A stretch of DNA of 59,464 nt from Priapulus caudatus (taxonomy: Eukaryota), in the NCBI RefSeq assembly GCF_000485595.1, contig NW_014577078.1, forward strand, positions 1,560,419 through 1,619,882. The letters run 5' to 3'. Made by a program: the position numbers and the translations under genes. This document shows, piece after piece, positions 1 to 12,478 of this stretch (the first letter of the stretch is position 1; every line of letters begins with the position of its first letter). Under the pieces are notes generated by a model, which worked only from the letters and a program-made list of their open reading frames with translations, searched no databases and was not told where the DNA came from.

Positions 1-310
1 CGTGGTTAGGTCTGTATGTTGTGCTATGGTAATATGGTCGTAGCTAGGTCTCTATGTTGTGCTGTACTAATGTTGTCATTGTTAGGTCTGTATGTTGTGC
101 TGCAGTGCTGTAGACGTGGTTATAGGTCTGTATGTTGTGCTGTGGTGGTGTGGACGTGGTTAGGTCTGTATGTTGTGCTGTGGTGGTGTGGACGTGGTTA
201 GGTCTGTATGTTGTGCTGTGGTGGTGTGGACGTGGTTAGGTCTGTATGTTGTGTTGTGGTGGTGTGGACGTGGTTAGGTATGTATGTTGTGCTGTGGTAA
301 TGTGTTAGTT
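1..310. repeat. 38-bp minisatellite
   Basis: Unit ggttaggtctgtatgttgtgctgtggtggtgtggacgt, about 8 copies. Confidence 0.92.
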
Positions 311-339
311 ACGTGCTCTTCTCTCTGCGTCGTTGCAGT

Positions 340-449
340 ATGCTCTGCCTTGAGGATGAACTGAAGCACCTGGCAGTTGCCCCGAAGGCATTGGACTTGT
401 CTTCCCCATCACCCGGTTCTGCACCGTCCTCCTCACGTCTCGACAAATG
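340..449 (+). CDS. MAP3K13: MAP3K13-like coding exon 1 ([16 protein letters not shown]...); could be an internal exon
   Basis: Pyrimidine tract and AG at 337-338, ATG at 340, donor GTAGGC at 450; phase 2 matches the next exon. Confidence 0.7.
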
Positions 450-3400
450 GTAGGCAACTGTCTCACCATCATTGCTTGTTTGCTGTTTGAGTAGAACCTG
501 TTTTACAGATATATATACTGCTACTGCATTATGTAAGGAACCGATGTTTAGCTAACCAACCCGTCTGTATTCAATATTTAAATTTTAATTTTCCTTAATT
601 TCCGCCTGTTTTGCTGCTGCAAACAGCAGGATGAATAGTATACAGGCTACACAACATGTCTGTTTAAATAAAGGAGCTGCTTCAACAGCAGTGCTTGTCC
701 CATTCCCTATTTTAGAAAGGCTGCGTAGGTATAGTAATAAGCGGAAGTAAAAATAATTTGCTGCACATATCATAATGCTGATATATACGTAAGGTACAAC
801 ATAAACAATTTAATTTATTTTACAGCCTATTACAAACATTTTTAATGTTCCCAGTCGCAATGAGTTTGACAGGTCACTTGGCATATGACGCAGATTGAAG
901 AAACTGCTTGAGGGACGGCTTCTTGTCCCTGTTACCTATTACTGCAGATAGAAGAAAATAAAATCCCACACACCATGTCTCGTCACGTGATAGCTTTTGC
1001 AGACGCTCATGAATCTGATTGCAAAACGTCACATTCGTCTAGAATTTTCCCATGCATGATGACATTTGGCTGACTTAATTACTATTTAAGTTGATGCCTT
1101 AATGCCACAGACATAAATTGGCATATATGGTAACACTAATAAATATCTATTTTGGGCAGTGTGATGGCATGCATCTTCTCTGTGAATCTTGTTTATTTTC
1201 ACATTGACCAAAAAGAAGTAGTTAAGGGGCTCCCACTGCACGATTCAAGCTTATTTCTTATTGTGGCTGTTGATAGCNNNNNNNNNNNNNNNNNNNNNNN
1301 NNGTGGTGTTTGTAGCGTCAACTACAAACTTTGTCTGAGAGCGGTTACTCTGATGAGTGTTGCCTCTGCCCGCGCGGCATGATTCAGGTATAGAAGGAGT
1401 TAATTGCCAGATCCAGCTTCACAAGACGACACCTCATCGTGTGACGAGTGTGACTTGCTAGCGAGACCCCAGATCACTATAAATTATATGTTGCCAGCTA
1501 TTCAGGCTTCCAGTCAATGTTGCCGCCTCTAGTTGGGAACTGGGTGTTCCACTGATTTAGACGGACACAGAAACTCAATTAGAGTCGCCGTGTTTCAGCA
1601 AACGGGATGGGCATGCTGAAGCTGTGTACTTCGGTGAAACAGGTGTCCGTGCCCACTGCCCCTATTGCATGCGTTGAAATTTCCGCAGAATTTGGCGTGC
1701 CGTCAAAAATAGCATATTTAATACCTTGTTCACGCAGCCCGGGTTTGTTGACACGTTAAATATTAATTAGGCGCTGCCTAGAAATTTCGTGAATTGTGGG
1801 CCTTCGGCTCGAGCCATAGAATTCTACGAGTTTCTCATCTGTGAATAAAAAGTGATTGATTTACATTAACTTGGTGCAATAAATGCGTTCTTTATCAGAA
1901 CAATTATACCCATGCCAAAAGCTGCCAGTGGCTATCCTTTAAGTATGCTATCTTTTGCTGCACCCTGCTATTAACTGCTACGCTGAATGTCCCGTGATTT
2001 CAGTTTATTGTAATGATGCGCATAGCCAAAGTATGTGATTATATCTTGCCATCTGCGATATTGATTTTCTTGCCACTTGCCTCTGCTCGCCCATATAAGC
2101 AGTAAGCTACGTTCTTCCAGCTACAAAACTATTTTAGGCCATACATGAATGGGAACCACTTGGCATATTTTGAGAACACTATGAGTCTATACACCTCAGC
2201 TGACCATACACAGATAGCAGCATGGTTACTAAGTATGGACCACCATTCAAGTGAACGTACTCTGAAACCTGAGCTCATTAATCTACCTAAAAATCATGCG
2301 GTGTGGATTTGCAGTGCCATACACGCCGATGTGTATTGCTCGAATGTATCACATCGTGGCCAGATCTGAAGTGAATTAGCACATCGCTAGCCAGTGCGTG
2401 TGTAATGCCCTCCTGCTTGCGACTGTCTGCAAAATATCGTACCAGCCAGTCGCTGTGAATAATTTGGTAGCTGACGCGTAGATGTTCATTACATACGTAA
2501 TGGGATTAGACTGCTGCACTCTGCATACATTATTATATGTTGGTGTTCAATGTGGTGACAAAGTACTAATATGGTGTCACTTCGAAGTTGATGATATCAT
2601 AGAGCTTGTTGTATAGATCAGTTAATAATGTCTACCACTGTGCTAGATATTTGTAATGTGATCGAGTTGCCGCGTGTGTACTCACTTTCTGCACTAATCG
2701 TTGTAGTACAACTTGTGCTATCACAATGCGCTGTGATGTACATGTTAGTACATGTATCTCAAATATGTATACTTCTGAATATTTGTCGCTACTCGATTCA
2801 GAATTCGTTTGTATATAATATTGCATTGCTATGCGCTGAGTGCATCTGTACGTGTGTTCTTCTATATGTCCAGAGTGCATTGACTCAGTGCATGGTACAC
2901 TTGGCCATAAGATTATGCCACATTTGGGAATCGCTGCAGTCCAATTCAGCGCAGTGTATGCGATCTATAGAAATTCTCTTATTTTAAATTTTCACGGTAT
3001 TATAACTCAGTATGCAGTTCCTACCTTGCACATCTCCATCCTTGGCTGCACTTCACTATCGCAAAAGCGATTTTGTTGCCCAAATATGGCACACGCATGT
3101 AAGAAGGGCTACCATTGGTTTCTTATGGGGCATATATGGTAACACTAATAAACATCTATTTTGGGCAGTGTGATGGCATGCATCTTCTCTGTGAATCTTG
3201 TTTATTTTCACATTGACCAAATAGAAGTAGTTGTACTTATAGTGCTCCCACTGCATGATTCAAGCTTATTTCTTATTGTGGCTGTTGATAGCCGTCAAAT
3301 ACAAACTTGTCTTGACGTTTACTGAGAGTGTTGCCCTGCATGATTAGTATAGAAGAGTAATTCCAACCACTCACAGACACACCCATCTGTGACAGTGTGA

Positions 3401-6400
3401 TTGCTAGCGACCTAGATACTATAAATTATAGTTGCCAGCTATAGGCTCCATGCATGTTGCAGCCGCAGTTGGAACTGCGTGTAATATTTACCGGACACAG
3501 AAATCAATAAATCCCGTGTTGAAAGGTGATGCTGAATGTACTGTGAACATGGCGTTTTGCAGAGTGTGTGGAGTAAGTGGAAAGTGCAAGTGGAAAGTCT
3601 GTGTGGAGTGAATGTAGAAGATAAAGTGAAAGCTTATTCATATTATTTGTTGGCAATTAATTGAATGACATTAGCTTGTTGTATAATCAGAATTAATGTC
3701 TGCCACTGCAGTATCTTGTAATGTCAGCAATGTTCCCCGTGATATAATAATTAAATATGAAACCTAATATTGCACTGTCAAAATTGTGTGTTTTTTCGTG
3801 GCTTTTCATCACAGTAAGTGTAAGCGGCCGCCAACCTTGCAAGTATAATGGCAATTCCATAATGAATGTCAAAACATTAGTGAAATTGAATTCTCAGCGA
3901 GGTGTACATGGGTATTGTGTATGCGCTGATAGAAAGATGTAGATTAAGCGTTAGTCGTGTTGGAAATTGTGGGCATTGCGTGGATAGTGTTGGGAGGTGA
4001 GAGCATTGCATGGGTAGTGTGGGAAATTGTGAGCATTGCTTGGGTCACTGGTGTGGGAAGAATAGCTGTTATGTGGGTGGTGTGTGTGAAGGTGGAGGCT
4101 TTCTATGTGTGGTACTATCTGTTGTTAGGAATTGCTGATGTTAGGAATTATAGCCTTTATTTCATAGTAAATTGTTCAGGGTTTGTGATTTCATATCCGA
4201 AATTCAACTGACGATGAAGAACTAGCTAGCTGTTGTGTATTGGTGTTTGCATGTATCACTTATTTACATATTTTTGACGATGAAATCTGTTTACAGCTCT
4301 GAATACAATAACGACATGGAGTTGGATCATGTTGGTTATCGTAGCGATGGTTCTGGAGGATTCTTTGAAGGTTTGCTTGGCTGTCTTCGCCCTGTATGGA
4401 CTATCATTGGCAAGGCAGCGCAAGCAGAAATAAAAATGAAAGGTACGATGAAAGGTAAGAAAGGCAATGAAGTCATGAGAGATTAAATGCAGACTGAAGT
4501 GGTACAATTACTTGATCAAAAATTTTATAACCCCCTTTTATTAATCTACGTTCCGACCCTTCGCAAATATTCAACAGCGAAGAACGAGTGCAAGGATTGC
4601 CTTTAATCTAAATTTAGTGCAGTCGATGAAGGTAACTAAGGTAAATTGTGCCTCTTCAACATCATAATTTAAACTCTAATCTGACCAATATAAATATCAG
4701 ACGTTGTCCAAAGAAATTGGGATATTGATCATTAGGTTTAAAGATCATTCATGATCAGACTTGGGCACTGTGAGATTCTTCTCATGGTTACGCACAGTTT
4801 TACCAACCTGAACTATTATTTTTGTTCCAAATTGTAGATAGAAGGATTTTATTAGCTTGTTCATTGATTGAATCATGATTCTTTTCCTGTAGCAATCCTT
4901 TTCGACTAAAAATGCTAACTTTCACATGCACACAATTCCAATTTCCTGTAACCTTTAAATTTTCTGGTCACGCAAAGATGAAACCAAAGTGCGTGGTTCA
5001 TAAATCGACCTCTAATCCTTGTGATTTCTTCCGCGAGATTTACTGTCGGGTTCAATTAGCAGTTACTGAATCTCAGCATTGTGTTTTTTCAATCATCTCG
5101 ACCACAGATGAGTGGGAAATACCATTCGAGTCGATCAGGGACCTTCAGTGGCTGGGCAGCGGGGCCCAGGGGGCTGTCTTCCTTGGCACGCTGGAGACGA
5201 AGAGTGTTGCTGTGAAAAAGGTGCGGGAGTTCGAGGAGACGGACATCAAGCACTTGCGAAAGCTCAATCATCCCAACATAATCTCGTTCATGTGAGTGGC
5301 TTGCGGGGGAAGGGATCGGTGATGGCAGTAAGCCAATTTCACACTTCGATTGTTCATGCTCGGCGATGCCGCTTTATCTCAAGGTCGGTCATTCTCTGCG
5401 CTTGCCAAGCAGAAACCCGCCACTGTAGTAACATGGGCAGCAAGCTGTTTACATGGATGGTAACAGCAAGCACTGTGAAGCCACTAGTGGAGCTGGGGAG
5501 GGGGTGGAATTAGTCGCACGCCCCCTCCAAATGCGAAATTGGCTTATTCGTGACTGTGCGTGTTGCTGCAAGCATTCTGAAGCAGTTGATTGCCTTGGTA
5601 AATAAAATACTACTCACCCATTTGCAGACTGATGGTGCAGCATTAACAACTTAGTCAATTTCTGACTTGGAATTTTTAGACTTTAACCCGCAAGTTATAT
5701 GCTAAGGCTACATACTTTAACAATTAATTTTGTATGGCTGTATGCATGCATCAGTATAAATAATGGTTTAGTTATATTGTTTATGTGTTTATATGTTTAG
5801 TTAAGTTGTATTTATCCCCACTGTAAGCAAATAGTCAAGAAGCAGTGAACATTTCTCACGCTTCAAACAATGAGTTATTCGTAGTTAAGTATTCATGATA
5901 AAGTTATTTATGTTTGCACAGCCTATTTCCAATGATTCGTGATATTAACTATATATGAACCTGTTTCACCTCCGTTACCGGAGATTGACAGGTTCGTAAT
6001 GGCTTTGCATTATTGAATGTATCTGTCTCTCGGTGGTCATGTTCTGTCTTACATTACAACCTTGTATACATCTAATAACATGGTATTACGTGCGGTGCAA
6101 TTGTAAAGGTTACTAGGTTATATGTAATTGGTTTTTGTTGTAGGTTATAAGCCTATAAGGTAATATATAATTAAATGTAATGGAATTTTCGATCCAATCT
6201 TCTTTCAGTGGTGTGTGTACCCAGGAGCCTTGCTACTGTGTCATCATGGAGTACTGCCCCTATGGACAATTGTACGAGGTGCTGCGGGATGGCAGGGTAG
6301 AGGTATCGCCTCCTCTGCTCTGTGAGTGGGCGAAGCAAATAGCTGCTGGCATGACTTATCTCCATTCCCACAAGATCATCCACCGGGATTTGAAATCACC

Positions 6401-9400
6401 TAAGTATGTGCATATAATATATGTGTTAGGCACGTCAGTGTATACATTAGATCGATACGTGTTCTACTGTGTGTTATCAGCATTGAGTTATATTACCATA
6501 ATAACATCACTCTGACGTATCTGTCAGATTTTACAATGTGCTATGTTGGCAAAAATGTGATAATTTATTATGCATGCGTTTGAAAATGTTAACTGTATGT
6601 TTGTTTACAGCCTTAAAGTGCTATTGCTACATTGCTGTCCAGACTAATACATTCCCATAGGATTAATCTTTGACAATATATAATCTTGCAAATAATTTGG
6701 ATAATTTTATGTCTATGTAAACTGGTAATATTGATGTTAGCAGCTGAGGGAAATAATTTTTACCTAAATTTTTCCCCCACTTTCGAGCATTTTGTGATGG
6801 AACGTTTTCACATTTTCTATAGTGTGCTAATAGCAGAAAGTGACGTCGTCAAAATATCAGACTTTGGGGTGAGCCGACATCTAAGTGAACAGAGCACTGT
6901 GATGTCATTTGCTGGTACGGTCGCTTGGATGGCTCCTGAAATCATCCGCAATGAACCTTGCTCTGAAAAGGTCGATATATGGTAGGTTTTACACGTGGAT
7001 AGGTTCATTTTTTTCTCCACGTTTGACATGAATTGCCCATGTGTGGCGAATAAATTGATATCTAATTGTCTATAACTTCCAGTGAAGAGAATCCTTTGAA
7101 ATCATTGACTTTGGAAGTGTGGAGGAATGTTCGGGATTCTTCTTATCGTGTTCTGTTTGCAGGTCGTTCGGTGTTGTTCTCTGGGAGCTGCTAACATGCG
7201 AGACGCCGTACAAAGATGTTGACTCATCAGCCATCATATGGGGGGTTGGCAACAACAGCCTGCACCTACCCGTGCCGTCGACGTGTCCCGATGGCTTCAA
7301 GCTGCTTATGAATCAGTGCTGGTATGTGACAGTTCAGCCCCATAGTTTTACCTTTGTGCTATAATGAAGAATTAAGATATTTGATTGTGCGCGCGAGTGA
7401 ATGGTCGCATCACTGCAAAGCGCGTTGCAGTAGGGAAGATGGGGACCAGCTGGTCATCGGTTGCATACGTATAATGTGAATTTCAGGAATGGAAAGCCAA
7501 GGAACAGACCTTCGTTTAAGAACATTCTGATTCATTTGGACATAGCCGCCGCAGAAGTCCTGGATATTCCAAAGGAGGAGTATTTCAAGATTCAGGTGCG
7601 TCACTTCACTTGTGGTGGAGTTGCATTCGCCATCCCCATATCTATACGCTGCATTGTGATTTCAATACGAAAAGGGTGAAAATCTTTGGAAGTTATGTGC
7701 ACCCTCTTGTCATACATGTATAATCATTGTTACTGCAGGGAGCTTGGAAAGAGGAAATAAAGCAGTCGTTTCAGAACATCAAGAGTGGCACTGTACACAT
7801 TCCACGGCTGGAAGAGGAACTGATACGTAGACGCAGACAGGAACTTCGGTAAGGCAACTGACGCATGTCCATAAACTGGCATTGTAACTAACCAAGGTGT
7901 ATATCGAAGTGACAGTTAGCTCATGCTGTGTGGTTAACATTGACATGATAAGACATTGCAGTATTCTTGTGATTTTGTACGCATGCTACTGTTGTAAGCA
8001 CACCATTCTGTGTTGGAGCATGGCAGCATGTGAACTTACAATGAAAAGCCTGCAATGGTAATTACTGTGTCTGTAAATAGCTTTGCTGCAGTGGATGTCA
8101 ACAAGAAACCCTATAAGTTCTACTGCACAATACTGATTTGATCAGCTCGTGACGTTTATGAATCTATGAATATACTTGAGACCTTTCGGGCATGTCAGGT
8201 GTTATATTTCTACGTATTTATAAAGGTAGTATATTCCTACTTCCGTCAAAAAATTGTGCATGGAAAGATTATGGTAATATGATGAGGATGTATTATAGTA
8301 TTATAGCCATGCATCACACATGCTAAAACACTATTGTTCAGGGATAAATATATATATGTATATATATATATATATATGTCATGTACGCCTATTTTTCAGC
8401 CATGCACAGGACATACGGGAACACTATGAAAGGAAGTTAGACTGAGCACATAACTTGTATATGGAACTGAGCACAGTCATGTTACAGCTAAAACACTATT
8501 GTTCAGGGATATATATATGTCATGTACGCGTATTTTGCAGGCATGCACAGGACATACGGGAACACTATGAAAGGAAGTTAGACCGAGCAAATAACTTGTA
8601 TATGGAACTGAGCACAGTCATGTTACAGCTTGAGCAACGTGAGAGAGAAGTCATCAAGTGCGTATATCTTCCTTGAAATTTTTTTAATCTTTGCTGCTTG
8701 AGTAAGATAAGAAAACGTGATTGTGTTCTTCTAAGAACCTAATATATCCACTCCTTCTTGTCTAGAACTCACAAAGGGCTAGGATTTCAGTAATCTGCTT
8801 GTTCGTCTCGAAAAATCTGTAGATATATTAGTAACAGTAATCCAACTGGATCCCTGGAGAATTTATTATTCACAAAATTATCCTAATAATAAGTTTTTAA
8901 TAGAAGCATTGCCCCTGGAATTCGTATTGTTAGAAAACTTGGTTTATTAAAATTAGAAACTTTTTGCTGAAATTAGAAATTTAAGATAAAGCCTCAGCAA
9001 TAATGGCAAAGCAAGTTATTACTAATCAAGGTTTCTGGTTATTATGAGTGAGGTGAGAGTCAGGGAATGTTTCTATTGTAGTAATTCTCAGGGTTTATTT
9101 CTCTCACACTGTTTAGAGATGTAAGTACGTTGGTGACCTTCAAACTTAACTTTTTCTATTCATTTCGTCTGCGTGGTTATATACAAAAAAGCATTGTGAA
9201 TGAACTGTCTCCACTTTACCTACATTTCAAAACGTTGATTGTTTCCAACTCATATGTTATGAAAATATTTAAACAAAATCCTTTATGACTATCAGCTCTG
9301 ATTATATTTTACATGCAAAGCAATGGCGAAAATTCCATTGCTAGATTGCAAGTATAGAGTAATAGAATATGTGATCATTGATATACTTATAGGTAATTAA

Positions 9401-12400
9401 AGGGATCGTTTACTTTAGGTTCTAGGGTTATTTTCAGTTAATTTAGGTTAAAATTACGCTACATAAAAAGTTTCATGGTTTAATCACCATTAGAAATTTT
9501 ATTAAATAATGTTTTAAAACTAACAACTACAGTTTGATTACAACGACGGTGGCGCCACTCAAAGCGCACGATCTGATAAGTTGCGCAAAACCACTTTCCA
9601 GCCAAGGGCTACAGACCGAGGGTGTTTCTTATTTATTCATTTAAAAGCAAAAGGATTGTAATATATTATAAACGACATATAGTTTCAGTTATAATATGGG
9701 CACTCAAGGTTTTGCACATGTATTGCTGTAATGAGGAATAAACGTGTAATGACAAATGAATCGAATCAATCACACATTTTATTTATAGATGAGATGTATC
9801 TCTATGCTCAAGCAAAAGATTTCATTTAATTTCCAGCACCTAATTATGTGACAACACAAATTTTGAATTTTAATGTAAAAATGGTATTTTGGATATTTCC
9901 CAATTACCACAAAGAGTGAGATAGCAAAACTTTTGCCACAAGTTAGGCACAGTATAAACCAAAAAAGAGCATCAGGATTTTTCTTTAATTTTCATATTTA
10001 CCAAAAAAATGAAAATTGCCTGAAATTTAAGTCGTATGTATAGTTGATGGATACTGGCATAATGAATACCGTGGGAAGTTAGGGTGTATCATGTCTCTGA
10101 CGTCATGAGTGACGTCTGCCACGGCTCAAGTACGCGGGCAATCAAAACGCTCGGAAAGTTCACGCGCATCGTTATATGGAAAAATAAGTATGTACAAAGG
10201 TGTCGAAGGTACAAGGTATCGAATAAGAATGAAAATTTAAAAAACTGGTAAAATATGCATAAAAGCTTGACTGTATCTGTAATTAACTGCCTAGTATTTC
10301 ACAAGAGTATGATTATAATGCCAAGTCTTTTATATAAGAGTCGGTATAGTATATCTGCCTATTATGCAAAGAACAGCATCAGGTGATGCACTCTACCAGC
10401 ACAAACAACTTCCCAGTGCACGTGGGTGTAAGTAAGTGTCAGCAGGGAACAGATTACTTGGAGTCGCTCGCCAATTTATGCCAGCTATATCATTTCATAC
10501 GAATCAATTTATGGCCAGTGCTAACCAAACACACCCTTGCATCATTATGAATGCAATTCATAAAAAAATAAACGTCAGCAATTCACGATTGGAACTTTTG
10601 CACTAAACCGCACCTTCAAAATTTCAAGTTGCTAATCAGTTTTCAATCAATTCTGATCAACTATTTTAGCTAGGCAAGTTTTTTTCAATTATATTGTACC
10701 CTTGAGTGAACTGTAGCTGCTCTCTATTGTAGGAAGGAGCAGCAGATGGCAATGTACACGAACCCATGTAAACTGGTGAAGAAACGAATAGTGAAGCCAG
10801 TGCTAAAAGTTCAGGAACGCAGTGGCAGCAAGAAGCGGTCACCAAAGTCAACGGCCGAGGAACACTTGAGGTAAGCTTGAAGCGCCATCTTTCCATATGT
10901 GAGAGGGTACTAATCAGCAGTTTCGAACATACTACTTGTCCATGCAAGTGTCAATCAGTTCTCTCTTAATTGCACACGCCAAAACCGCTCACCTCGGAGT
11001 GTAAGTTTCTGAAAATGTAACGAGTAGTAGGTAAAGGTGGTTTAACAACAAATTTAGCATAACCAATTAGAGTATTTAGTTGTTTTTCTTTACATTGTTG
11101 GGGTGAATGTATGTGCACGTATCATTGGGCAGATGGTGATAGCTATTTCAAAGTATTATCCCTTTATTGAAATCATAGATAGCAACAAATAATATTCCTC
11201 GGCATGATATCTAATTTGGTACTCACATACCTACCTAAACATACCTGCTATTCAGAGACTATACTTATAGGGGAGTTAGTGTATTTACACAACACATAAT
11301 TCTTGTAATTTCGTGCATCTTTCTGAAAGCGATATCACTGCTTTGTGAATAGAACGTTTTTCTGCACATTTTCTATTCCAGCCCACTGAAGGTGGTGCCA
11401 GCTACCGCACCGTCGCCCATTCCGCCGGAGGCTGTGTCGCCAGACGCGTCACCCAGCAAAGTGAGAATACGTAAAGTGCGTCATCGTCGACTGCTGTCAC
11501 GAGGCACGATGACAGCGATGGCGGCCATGATGAGTCCGTCAAAAGACTCGCTGCAGGTATGGCGTGCACACGTTCTTATCATTTACCCATATGATAAATA
11601 TAAATAGAATTGTACACATGATATTTTATATATCATTTATATAAAAAAAACATGATTATATTAACGTATGGTAAATATATAATATTATATTTTTCGTGTT
11701 GGGGGTATGTGTGTGTCAGTGCACACAGTGCCACTGTGTTATAATTAATGCATAAGAAGTACTGCATTTTTGAATGAAGAGTATGCGATCAATCGTGGAC
11801 CTTTGCACAGTGTCAAATCACTGCCCTATAGCTGGCTGTGGTCACACATTTGCGTCATTGCTGTAAAAAATTTCCCCGTGGTCCTACTCGCATTCTTAAA
11901 TTCTTGGTCCTGCGTGCTTCCTCCGTTTCGCTTTCCTTCGTATGTCATTTGCTAATGCTATAAACTACCACCTCTGCGCTACTCGTGCTAGCACATCGCT
12001 CCTCTGCCGCCCATCTGTAGCAAGACGCGGTCTGTGCTTGCAGTGCAAGCTGCAGGATCTGCGTCCCGACGATGACCGACGCAAGCTGCAGCACTCGCAG
12101 TACCTCGAGAACATCAAGTACGGCGCGGGCCTGCGCAGTCCCAGCGTCGCCGCGCACGGCCTCCCGGGCGAGACGTGCCTCGACGACGCCGGCCGCCTCG
12201 TCCGACCCGACGACTCGGCGGCCTCCCCGTTCAAGCCGTGCGACAGTGTGCGCAAGTCGTCGAACACGAGCCTCGAGAACGTCATCTTCGTGAACGAGGA
12301 GGAGCGACTGAGCGGTGGCGGCGGCGGTGGCGGCGGCGGCGGCGGCTGCGGCGGCGGCGGCGGCGGCGGCGGCCTGCTCGGCTCGCCACGCAAGGACAGC

Positions 12401-12446
12401 TGCGAGCTCGGCAGTCCGAAGATGTGGACGAACCCAAAGAACGGAC

Positions 12447-12478
<32 letters not shown>

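Noticed and set aside
1..310. 38-bp repeat as a CRISPR array or telomeric (TTAGG) repeat
   Set aside because: No spacers; TTAGG occurs once per unit of an ordinary minisatellite.
1120..3950. Intron-1 duplications (1120-1640 vs 3129-3550; ~2600-2700 vs ~3670-3750) as biological repeats
   Set aside because: Adjacent to a 25-N spacer and differing by dense small indels, consistent with noisy long-read fill.
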